58,533 bases of DNA from positions 1 through 58,533 of the forward strand of contig CALXUX010000012.1 in assembly GCA_944391785.1 (NCBI GenBank). The letters are read 5' to 3'. The notes under the pieces were generated by a model. That model was not told the origin of the DNA. It worked only from the letters and a program-made list of their open reading frames with translations, and made no database searches. This document shows positions 1 to 8,645 of the stretch, one piece after another. The translations under genes and the position numbers were made by a program. The stretch is from an uncultured Clostridia bacterium. Lineage in GTDB: Bacteria; Bacillota; Clostridia; TANB77; CAG-508. The stretch's first letter is position 1; every line of letters begins with the position of its first letter.

Positions 1-1834
1 AGCTTGTAAGGCATGTTCCACATTTTATACATTTGTCTTGATTTATTGTTCTTTTTTCTCTTGCTTCTCCTTCTATTGCTTGTACTGGGCAGTGTTTTTG
101 GCATAGTCCACAGCCTTTGCATTTGTCTTGGTCTATTGTTATTTTTGACATTGCTTTACATTCAAGTGCTTTACATTCTTTTTGTATTGCGTGCTGTCTA
201 AATTCTTCTCTGAAGTATTTTAGTGTGCTTATTACTGGGTTTGGTGCACTTTGACCAAGTCCACATATGCTTGATTTTTGTATGTTTACTGCTAATTTTT
301 CTAGTTTGTATATGTCAAATTCGTCTCCTTCTCCGTTACATAGTTTTTCTAGTATTTCAAGCATTCTTTTTGTTCCTATTCTGCATGGCGTACATTTTCC
401 GCAACTTTCACTTACTGTAAATTCTAAGTAGAATTTTGCAAGTGATACCATACATTTTGTGTCATCCATTATAATTAAGCCACCTGAACCCATCATTGAT
501 CCTATTTCTTTTAGGGATTCATAGTCTATTGGTGTGTCTAGGTGTTCTTTTGGTATACATCCTCCTGAAGGTCCTCCTGTTTGTGCTGCTTTGAAGTCTC
601 CCCCATTTGGTATTCCTCCACCTATGTCATATACTATTTCTCTTAGTGTTGTTCCCATTGGTACTTCTACTAAGCCTATATTATTTACATTTCCTCCTAG
701 TGCAAATACTTTTGTTCCTTTTGAGGTTTCTGTTCCAATTGATGAATACCATTCGGCTCCTTTTAGTATTATTTGGGCTATATTTGCATATGTTTCTACA
801 TTATTTATTAATGTTGGTTTTCCCCACAAACCACTTTGTGCTGGATAGGGTGGTTTTACTCTAGGTTGACCTCTTTTTCCTTCTATTGATTCAAGAAGTG
901 CTGTTTCTTCTCCACATACAAATGCTCCTGCTCCAAGTCTTATTTCTATTTCAAAGTTAAAGCCTGTTCCAAATATATTTTTTCCAAGTATTCCATAGTT
1001 TCTTGCTTGTTCTATTGCAATTTTTAGTCTATGTACTGCTATTGGATATTCTGCTCTTACATATATAAATCCTTTATCTGCACCAATTGCATACCCTGCA
1101 ATTGCCATTGCTTCTAATACAGAGTGTGGATCTCCTTCTAGTATGCTTCTGTCCATAAATGCTCCTGGGTCTCCTTCGTCTGCATTACATACTACATATT
1201 TTTGTTTTCCTTCGGCAAGTTTTGTAAGTTCCCATTTCTTGCCTGTAGGAAAACCTGCTCCTCCTCTACCACGAAGTCCGGATTTTTTTATGATGTCTAT
1301 TACTTCATCTTGTGTGTATTCTCTTAAGACTCTTTCTAGTGCTTCATAGCCATTAAATGCTATGTATTCATCTATATCTTCTGGGTTTATTACTCCACAG
1401 TTTTTTAGTGCTATTCTTTTTTGTTTTTTGTAAAAATTAAGTTCATCTAAACTATTTACTATTTTTCCATCTATATCTTTGCAAAGTAGTCTTTCTACTC
1501 TTTTTCCTTCTATGATATGAGTTTGAATTATTTCTTCACAATCTTCTGGTGTAACCATGGCATAAAAAGTATCTTCTGGCCTTATTATTACAATAGGTCC
1601 TTTAGCACAAAGTCCAAAACAACCTGTCATAATTACTCTTACATTATTAATATTTTTTTCTTTTAATATTTTTCTAAAATTTTCTAAAATTTGAGGAGAT
1701 TTAGAAGAAGTACAACCTGTTCCATGACATACTAAAATGTGCTTTTCTCTTGTGCATACTTTAGTATTAACCCTTAAATCAAGTTCTTTTCTTTTTTCTT
1801 CTCTTATTTTATGAAGTTCTTGCAATGTTATCAT
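1..1834 (-). CDS. NuoF-like NAD(P)H-binding flavoprotein subunit (HndC/HydB type) of a multimeric [FeFe]-hydrogenase; C-terminus cut by the window edge
   Basis: Absent from the ORF track because no stop lies inside the window. My minus-strand translation from ATG 1834 reads MITLQELHKIREEK...GLRGRGGAGFPTGKKW...VCNADEGDPGAFMDR...ESCGKCTPCRIGTKRM...ICGLGQSAPNPV...DQDKCKGCGLCQKHCP. These are the NuoF FMN/NADH and 4Fe-4S motifs plus a ferredoxin CxxCxxCxxxCP motif. Confidence 0.85.
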   Translation of the reverse strand, partial: MITLQELHKIREEKRKELDLRVNTKVCTREKHILVCHGTGCTSSKSPQILENFRKILKEKNINNVRVIMTGCFGLCAKGPIVIIRPEDTFYAMVTPEDCEEIIQTHIIEGKRVERLLCKDIDGKIVNSLDELNFYKKQKRIALKNCGVINPEDIDEYIAFNGYEALERVLREYTQDEVIDIIKKSGLRGRGGAGFPTGKKWELTKLAEGKQKYVVCNADEGDPGAFMDRSILEGDPHSVLEAMAIAGYAIGADKGFIYVRAEYPIAVHRLKIAIEQARNYGILGKNIFGTGFNFEIEIRLGAGAFVCGEETALLESIEGKRGQPRVKPPYPAQSGLWGKPTLINNVETYANIAQIILKGAEWYSSIGTETSKGTKVFALGGNVNNIGLVEVPMGTTLREIVYDIGGGIPNGGDFKAAQTGGPSGGCIPKEHLDTPIDYESLKEIGSMMGSGGLIIMDDTKCMVSLAKFYLEFTVSESCGKCTPCRIGTKRMLEILEKLCNGEGDEFDIYKLEKLAVNIQKSSICGLGQSAPNPVISTLKYFREEFRQHAIQKECKALECKAMSKITIDQDKCKGCGLCQKHCPVQAIEGEAREKRTINQDKCIKCGTCLTS

Positions 1835-1977
1835 AGATTTTCTCCCTTCTAATTACCTTTTGCATAATTTTTATTATTTGTAATTATTAGATTTTACTTA
1901 AATTTTTTAATATTATACATTGGTATTAGTGTTTTTTAACATATTAACTTTTATTTAAATTAATAATATTTTATATT

Positions 1978-2484
1978 TTACTTTTTATTTTCTTCCTTTA
2001 ATAGTTCATCTAGTACTTGGTCAAGTTTTTGAACTGTTGCTTTTCCATATACTTCTCCATTTACAGTAAATACAGGAGCTAGACCACATGCTCCAACACA
2101 TCTTGTTTCATCTATTGAAAATAGACCATCATCTGTTGTTTTTCCTGGTTCTATTTTTAACCTTTCTGTTAGTCTATCCATTATTTTTTTAGAACCTTTT
2201 ACAAAACATGCTGTTCCAAGACATACTGATATTGTATGTTTTCCTTTTGGCTCTAAAGTAAATCTTGAGTAAAATGTTATTACTCCATAAATTTCTGCCA
2301 TTGGAATTCCTAGATATTCTGAAAGTTCTATTTGTGCTTCTTTAGGTATATATCCATACTTTTCTTGAATTTCTTCTAGCATTGAGATTAAGTTGTCTTT
2401 TTCTTGTTTATACACTTTTTCAAGACCTTTTACAAAGTCTATAACTTTTTTTGTGCAACAATTTTTTTCCGTATTTTCTTGCAA
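1978..2484 (-). CDS. NuoE-like thioredoxin-fold [2Fe-2S] subunit (HndA/HydC type) of the same hydrogenase
   Basis: 168 aa with cysteine pattern SVCLGTACFVKG...RCVGACGLAPV. Sits directly upstream of the NuoF-like gene on the same strand. Confidence 0.85.
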   Translation of the reverse strand: MQENTEKNCCTKKVIDFVKGLEKVYKQEKDNLISMLEEIQEKYGYIPKEAQIELSEYLGIPMAEIYGVITFYSRFTLEPKGKHTISVCLGTACFVKGSKKIMDRLTERLKIEPGKTTDDGLFSIDETRCVGACGLAPVFTVNGEVYGKATVQKLDQVLDELLKEENKK

Positions 2485-2676
2485 TTTAAATACCTCCTTA
2501 CTTATCTCTGTTTTTAATTTATATTCAAAGATTATTTGTATTATATCAAAGTAATATTGTTTTATCTATAGTTTTTGCGAAAAATGTCGAAGAAAAATTG
2601 TGAATTTTATATAAAGTTTATTGACATTATAGAACAAATGTTTTATAATGGTGGCAATTAAAAAGGATGTGAATTT

Positions 2677-3102
2677 ATGCACGAAAATGTTGAAAATAAA
2701 ATAATTAATACAAAAGTTGATATCATTGATTATCAAGTTGAAGATATTAAAAATTTGATATATACAATACGAGAAAAACAAGTTATGTTAGATAGTGATG
2801 TGGCTATGTTATATCATTATGAAACTAAAAAGATAAATCAAGCTGTCAAAAGGAATATATAAAGATTTCCAAAAAAATTTTGCTTTCAATTAACAGAAGA
2901 AGAATTGCAACTTTTAAGGTCACAAATTGTGACCTTAAACAAAAAGGGACGTGGTCAGCATAAAAAATATTTGCCATATGTATTTACGGAGCAAGGTATT
3001 GCAATGCTTTCTGGACTTCTAAAAAATGAAATTGCGGTAAAGGTAAGTATAAATATAATGGATGCATTTGTAGAAATGAGAAAATTTTTATTATCAAATT
3101 GA
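2677..3102 (+). pseudogene. ORF6N/KilA-N-type DNA-binding (phage antirepressor-like) gene remnant with an in-frame TAA and a truncated C-terminus
   Basis: ORFs 2677..2862 and 2905..3102 are in the same frame (228 nt apart). Joined, they read ...IREKQVMLDSDVAMLYHYETKKINQAVKRNI*RFPKKFCFQLTEEELQLLRSQIVT...YLPYVFTEQGIAMLSGLLKNEIAVKVSINIMDAFVEMRKF. This matches the ORF6N pattern, where the stop position is normally Glu (RNIERFP). Confidence 0.7.
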
Positions 3103-3180
3103 GTATGTACATAAGATAAGCTATTACACTTGATAAAAGGCTCAGTCATAAACTGACCAAACCTTTTCTCCTAAAATTTT

Positions 3181-6009
3181 TTATGATTCAAGATATTTTT
3201 TCAAAAACTTCCCAGTATAACTTCTTTCATTCTTACAAATCTGCTCTGGAGTTCCGACAGCTACTACTTCTCCTCCTGCATCTCCACCTTCTGGTCCTAA
3301 GTCTATTATATGGTCACAAGTTTTTATTAAATCTAGATTATGTTCTATTACAATTATAGTATTTCCTGCATCTACTAATCTTTGTAATATACCAATTAAT
3401 TTATCTACATCTGCTATATGAAGCCCTGTTGTTGGTTCATCTAATATATATAGTGTTTTTCCAGTTGCCCTTTTTGAAAGTTCTGTTGCAAGTTTTACCC
3501 TTTGTGCCTCTCCTCCAGATAAAGTTGTTGATGGTTGCCCAAGTTTTATATAACCTAAACCTACATCATATAGAGTTTGTATTTTTTGTTTTATTTTTGG
3601 TATTTTATCAAAAAATTCTAATGCTTCTTCTACAGTCATATCTAATACATCTGCAATGTTCTTTCCTTTGTATTTTACTTCCAAAGTTTCGTGATTATAT
3701 CTTTTTCCTTTGCAGACTTCACAAGGTACATATATATCTGGTAAAAAGTGCATTTCTATTTTGTGAACTCCATCTCCATTGCAACTTTCACATCTTCCAC
3801 CGGGTACGTTAAAACTAAATCTTCCTTTTTGATATCCACGAAGTTTTGCTTCATTTGTTCCTGCAAATATATCTCTTATTAAGTCAAATACTCCTGTATA
3901 TGTTGCTGGGTTTGACCTAGGTGTTCTTCCTATTGGTGATTGATCTATATTTATTATTTTGTCTATATTTTCTAGTCCTTTTACACCTTTACATTTTCCT
4001 GGTTTTTCATTTGATCCATTTAATTCTTTTGCTATAGATTTATATAAAACTTCATTTACTAATGTTGATTTTCCAGAACCTGATACACCTGTTACACATG
4101 TGAATACACCTAATGGAAATTTTACACTTATATTTTTTAAATTATTTTCTGTTGCACCTTGAACTTCTATAACTTTGCTTTTTACAGCTTTTCTTCTTTT
4201 ATTTGGAACACTAATTTTCTTTCTTCCACTTAAATATTGACCTGTTATAGAGTTTTCTACTTTTTTTATTTCTTCTGCAGTTCCTTGTGCCATTACATTT
4301 CCACCGTGTGCTCCTGCTCCAGGGCCTATGTCTATTATTTGATCTGCAGCATACATTGTGTCTTCATCATGTTCTACAACAATTAAAGTATTTCCTAAGT
4401 CTCTTAGTTTTTTTAGTGTTGCTAAAAGTCTATCATTATCTCTTTGATGTAGTCCGATACTTGGTTCATCTAATATATATAATACTCCTGTTAGGCCAGA
4501 GCCAATTTGTGTTGCAAGTCTAATTCTTTGTGCTTCTCCTCCTGATAATGTTCCTGCACTTCTAGATAGTGTTAAATATTCAAGTCCAACATCTATTAAA
4601 AATTGTAGTCTTTTATCTATTTCTTTTAGAATCATTTCTGCAATTAGTCTCTTAGTTTTGTTTAATTCTAATGTATTTAAAAATTTTTTAATTTGTTTTA
4701 TATTCATTTCTGTAAGTTCATTTATATTTTTTGAGCCTATTTTTATTGATAATATTTCTTTTCTTAGTCTTGCGCCTTTACAAGTTGGGCATTCTGATTC
4801 ACTCATATACATTTCGTAAAAATCTCTCATTCCTTGAGATTTTGTTTCATTATGTCTTCTTTCAAGTGTTGGAATTACTCCTTCAAATGGGGCTGTGAAA
4901 TGCCTTATGCCTGCTGCAGATTCATATTCGAAATCTATTTTTTCATCTCCTGTGCCATATAGTATTTTATCTAAAAAGTCTCGCGGTAATTTCTTTATAG
5001 GAACAGAAATGTCTACGCCATAATGTCTTCCAATACTTTCAAAATACATTTTAGCCATGGTGTCTCCTCTTTTCATGACACTAGAACCAAATGCTCTTAC
5101 TCCATCATATAATGTTTTGTTTTTGTCTGGAATTATTAGGTCTTCATCCATTTTCATTAAAAAACCTATTCCTGTGCAAGTTGGACATGCTCCAAATGGA
5201 TTGTTAAATGAAAACATTCTTGGGGTTAGTTCTGGAAAACTAAAACCACAGTCAGGACATGCATAGTTTGAACTATATAAAATTTCTTTTTTGCCTGGAA
5301 TGTCTAGCAATACTAAATTTTCAGCATGTTTTAGGGCAATTTCTACAGATTCTGTTAATCTACTTCTTATATCTGGTTTTACAACTAATCTATCTACAAT
5401 AAGTTCTACAAAATGTTTTTTCTTTCTGTCTAATACTATATCATCTGATAATTCATAATTTTCGCCATCAATTCTAACTCTTACAAAGCCTTCTTTTTGA
5501 AATGCTTGTAATTGTTTAGAAAACTCTCCTTTTCTTCCTCTTACAACTGGTGCAAGTATTTGGATTTTGGTTCCTTCTTCTAGACTCATTATATTATCTA
5601 TTATTTGATCTATTGATTGTTTTTCAATTTTTTTACCACAATTTGGGCAATATGGATCACCAATTCTTGCATATAGAAGACGTATATAATCATATATTTC
5701 TGTAACAGTTCCAACTGTTGACCTTGGATTTTTAGAAGTAGTTTTTTGGTCAATTGATATTGCTGGTGATAACCCCTCAATAGATTCAACAGCAGGCTTT
5801 TCCATAAGCCCTAAAAATTGCCTTGCATATGAAGATAAACTCTCTACATATCTTCTCTGTCCTTCAGCATATAAAGTATCAAATGCAAGTGAAGACTTTC
5901 CAGAGCCTGAAAGTCCAGTAATTACTACTAGTTTATCTCTTGGTATTTCTATGTTTATATTTTTTAAATTATGTTCTTTTGCTCCTTTTATTACTATTTT
6001 ATCATTCAT
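3181..6009 (-). CDS. uvrA: excinuclease ABC subunit A
   Basis: 942 aa with two ABC ATPase modules ([25 protein letters not shown]; LSGGEAQR twice) and zinc-finger CxxC pairs. Typical UvrA N-terminus [18 protein letters not shown]. Confidence 0.97.
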   Translation of the reverse strand: MNDKIVIKGAKEHNLKNINIEIPRDKLVVITGLSGSGKSSLAFDTLYAEGQRRYVESLSSYARQFLGLMEKPAVESIEGLSPAISIDQKTTSKNPRSTVGTVTEIYDYIRLLYARIGDPYCPNCGKKIEKQSIDQIIDNIMSLEEGTKIQILAPVVRGRKGEFSKQLQAFQKEGFVRVRIDGENYELSDDIVLDRKKKHFVELIVDRLVVKPDIRSRLTESVEIALKHAENLVLLDIPGKKEILYSSNYACPDCGFSFPELTPRMFSFNNPFGACPTCTGIGFLMKMDEDLIIPDKNKTLYDGVRAFGSSVMKRGDTMAKMYFESIGRHYGVDISVPIKKLPRDFLDKILYGTGDEKIDFEYESAAGIRHFTAPFEGVIPTLERRHNETKSQGMRDFYEMYMSESECPTCKGARLRKEILSIKIGSKNINELTEMNIKQIKKFLNTLELNKTKRLIAEMILKEIDKRLQFLIDVGLEYLTLSRSAGTLSGGEAQRIRLATQIGSGLTGVLYILDEPSIGLHQRDNDRLLATLKKLRDLGNTLIVVEHDEDTMYAADQIIDIGPGAGAHGGNVMAQGTAEEIKKVENSITGQYLSGRKKISVPNKRRKAVKSKVIEVQGATENNLKNISVKFPLGVFTCVTGVSGSGKSTLVNEVLYKSIAKELNGSNEKPGKCKGVKGLENIDKIINIDQSPIGRTPRSNPATYTGVFDLIRDIFAGTNEAKLRGYQKGRFSFNVPGGRCESCNGDGVHKIEMHFLPDIYVPCEVCKGKRYNHETLEVKYKGKNIADVLDMTVEEALEFFDKIPKIKQKIQTLYDVGLGYIKLGQPSTTLSGGEAQRVKLATELSKRATGKTLYILDEPTTGLHIADVDKLIGILQRLVDAGNTIIVIEHNLDLIKTCDHIIDLGPEGGDAGGEVVAVGTPEQICKNERSYTGKFLKKYLES

Positions 6010-6271
6010 ATATATCCCTTCCCATGAATTAGTTTTTTTACGGTATGATTATACTATAAATTTTAAATTAAAACAAGAGTTTGGTGAAAAATGATGCTAT
6101 TTAAATTAAATTTAATATGCAGAAAAGTTCCGTGAAGATAATATGTATAATTTTAAAAATTTTTTCTTCATTCTAATTTCGACAAATTTCGCATTTAATT
6201 TGTGGTATTTTATTTACGTCATATTAAATTTTTTATGCATTTTAATATTTACAAAGGAGGAGTGCCAAAAA

Positions 6272-6460
6272 ATGCCATCATTACATTATGTTTATTCAAA
6301 GGTAAAATCAACAACTGAAGACTATATTAACCTTATACTACTTCATGACGACTTGGATTTTTTAAGACTTAACAAAATATCTTTCAAGAAGGCAGATGAT
6401 AATATTCCAAATAAATATATTGTTGATGCTAAATCTTTAAGAACTCTTTTTTGTTTCTAG
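6272..6460 (+). CDS. small hypothetical protein (62 aa)
   Basis: ATG at 6272 is preceded by AAAGGAGG (6254-6261) and followed by a hairpin terminator. The longer ORF-track start at 6143 has no RBS and a low-complexity N-terminus. Confidence 0.35.
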   Translation: MPSLHYVYSKVKSTTEDYINLILLHDDLDFLRLNKISFKKADDNIPNKYIVDAKSLRTLFCF

Positions 6461-6493
6461 TTAATCTGTTTAAGTGTAATATTAAAATGCTAA

Positions 6494-6524
6494 AAAGGCC
6501 TTGTTTTATACAAGGTCTTTTGAA
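6494..6524. terminator. bidirectional rho-independent terminator
   Basis: aaaGGCCTTGttttataCAAGGTCtttt: a 7-bp stem (one G-U pair) with T-runs on both strands. Lies between the + small ORF and the 3' end of the minus-strand dehydratase gene. Confidence 0.55.
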
Positions 6525-6588
6525 ATATAATTTATTTATAACAATTATGAATTATAACATATAAGATTATACTTCAGTAATTTTTAGT

Positions 6589-7488
6589 TTAATCATTTCG
6601 TATATTTTTTATAGCTTCAGGTATAAATTGGATTGTATCTGATGCTTTCATGCTTATATCTGTGTATTTTTCTTGTGCTAGCTCTCCTGCAACTCCTGCA
6701 AGGTATGTTCCTGCTGATATTGTTAACATATTAGGTTCATTATACCCCAATATTCCTACTAATATTCCAGATAATACATCTCCGCTTCCTGCTGTTGCCA
6801 TTCCCGGGCAGCCTCTTTTTATAAGATATACATCGCTTCCATTTGTTACAATTGTTACATTTCCTTTTAGTAATAAAATTACATTATATTTTTTTGCAAA
6901 ATCCATTGAAAGTTCAATCTTATTTTGTTTAATCTTTTCTAATGGATATTTGCTTAATCTTTCAAATTCTTTAAGATGAGGTGTTAATATTACTTTACAA
7001 TTTGTTTTATTTAAAACTTCCAAATCCATTTGTGAAAGAGTATTTAATCCATCTGCATCAATTACTAATGGTAAATTATAATTTTCTAAAACATATTTTA
7101 ATATTTTTTGATTATCCTTTCCACTTCCCCATCCCATTCCTATACTTAAAGCTTTCAATTTGTTTAATGATTTTGAAATTAAGTTTTCATTATAAATCAT
7201 TTTTCCATCACTTGTAGATTCAATAGGAAATATTGTTTGTTCTAAAAGATATGGTGAAATTGAATTAATTTGTTTGTCTGGAATTATTATTCTTACAACC
7301 CCTGCACCTGCTCTTACAGTTGCAGCACTCATATTAGCAAGTTTTATTGCTCCAGAATATTCTGTGCATCCTCCTAGGATTCCTATATATCCATAATCTC
7401 CTTTATTTGTATCACTTTTTCTTAATTTAAATATGGGTTTTATGTCTTTGGTTTCTATTTCATATATATTTTCTTTAATTTTTTTCAT
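6589..7488 (-). CDS. nnrD: ADP-dependent NAD(P)H-hydrate dehydratase (YjeF C-terminal/carbohydrate-kinase fold)
   Basis: 299 aa with NKGDYGYIGILGG...AGAGVVRIIIP...GCPGMATAGSGDVLSGIL, the YjeF_C signature. Confidence 0.85.
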   Translation of the reverse strand: MKKIKENIYEIETKDIKPIFKLRKSDTNKGDYGYIGILGGCTEYSGAIKLANMSAATVRAGAGVVRIIIPDKQINSISPYLLEQTIFPIESTSDGKMIYNENLISKSLNKLKALSIGMGWGSGKDNQKILKYVLENYNLPLVIDADGLNTLSQMDLEVLNKTNCKVILTPHLKEFERLSKYPLEKIKQNKIELSMDFAKKYNVILLLKGNVTIVTNGSDVYLIKRGCPGMATAGSGDVLSGILVGILGYNEPNMLTISAGTYLAGVAGELAQEKYTDISMKASDTIQFIPEAIKNIRND

Positions 7489-7559
7489 AACATTATTATT
7501 CCTTTCTTAATAAATTAAGTTTAACATACTTAAAATTTATTGTAAAGGATTGTTTTTTA

Positions 7560-7850
7560 TCATATTTGTTGCTTTATTGTTTCATAGCCTAGTTTGTATA
7601 GTTCATCAATTTTTGTCATATCTAACAAACTTATTTTTTCACTTTTTATTTTTATAGTTAAATCGCTTCCTTCCATTTCATATATTTCGTCTGGCGTAAA
7701 ACCTGCTGCATATAAAGTTGATACAATACTACCTGATGATGTTCCTCCTATGTAATCTATTTTTATATTTTTTTCCTCTAATGCTTTTAATGCTCCAATA
7801 TGTGCAGCTCCTTTGACTCCTCCTCCTGCTAAAGCTATACCTAAACTCAT
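7560..7850 (-). pseudogene. patatin-like phospholipase remnant (N-terminal about 60 aa fused to a short C-terminal tail)
   Basis: MSLGIALAGGGVKGAAHIGALKALEE...GGTSSGSIV carries the oxyanion GGGxxG and nucleophile GxSxG motifs. The ORF ends after 96 aa and no catalytic Asp (DGG/DGA) segment is visible. Full-length family members are about 250-300 aa. Confidence 0.55.
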
Positions 7851-8049
7851 ATATATCACCTATTTAATAATATGCTTATTTGGTTTTTTTGTTATTATAT
7901 TATTTTAAAATTTAGTTTTTTGATTTTATCCTACAATGTTTAAAATGTTTATATATAAAATTAGAGAATATTATATACTATGTAAGTATTATAATATTCT
8001 CTATTTTCTATAAGAACTTCTATACTACAAAGTTCTTATTTTGAAGAAA

Positions 8050-8496
8050 TCATTTTATTAAACTCACCAGTTTAATTAATTTTTCAATATTATAGGGCGA
8101 GCTTTTAATAAATTTCTCCAACTCCATGGAAAAACATAATTTATCGGATTTTTTTAATTTATCATCCGAACCTTGCATAAACATATTGTATATTTTATAT
8201 AATTTATATATTTGCAAGTATGATTTGTTTTCTGGATGATTTATTTCTTCTTTTACATTTTCAAGTATGTTTATAATGAAATGTAAAATTTCACCTCTTA
8301 ATAATTCTTTTTCTGAAGATAATTTTTCTAATTCTTCTTCATCAAAGAAATTTGCTACGATAGAGATTTTTTCCTTTGAAAAATCTTTATCATAGATTAA
8401 AAGACTTAATTCATCCAGTTCGCATAAGATATTAGTATCATTTTCTGTTAATATCCGCTGCATACAATTTTTTTCTGATTTTTTTAGTTTTTCCAT
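8050..8496 (-). CDS. hypothetical protein
   Basis: Start chosen at MEKLKKSEKN, preceded by AAAGGAGGAA. No recognisable motif. Contains one of the rare in-frame CGG codons (CAG CGG ATA). Confidence 0.5.
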   Translation of the reverse strand: MEKLKKSEKNCMQRILTENDTNILCELDELSLLIYDKDFSKEKISIVANFFDEEELEKLSSEKELLRGEILHFIINILENVKEEINHPENKSYLQIYKLYKIYNMFMQGSDDKLKKSDKLCFSMELEKFIKSSPYNIEKLIKLVSLIK

Positions 8497-8645
8497 TTTA
8501 AAATTCCTCCTTTGATTTGTGTATATATATTTTACCAAATTTTAGTTTGAAAGTCAAATTATGTTAATTGCTTGTGATGATATTTGAATTAATTTTGTGT
8601 GTATTATTTCATTTTTTAGGTTTTATTATTTCATAATATATACAT

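Noticed and set aside
13-1349. Plus-strand ORFs 13..201, 223..420, 534..848, 607..864 and 1143..1349
   Set aside because: They are L/F/S/C-rich antisense shadows of the minus-strand NuoF-like gene, which translates into a full set of conserved motifs.
2860-2862. In-frame TAA in the ORF6N gene as evidence for stop-codon reassignment
   Set aside because: TAA terminates most well-conserved genes in this window at the expected positions, and the ORF6N gene is also C-terminally truncated. A nonsense mutation is the simpler reading.
6010-6142. LexA (Cheo-type GAAC-N4-GTTC) box upstream of uvrA
   Set aside because: I searched the uvrA upstream region by eye and found no acceptable match.
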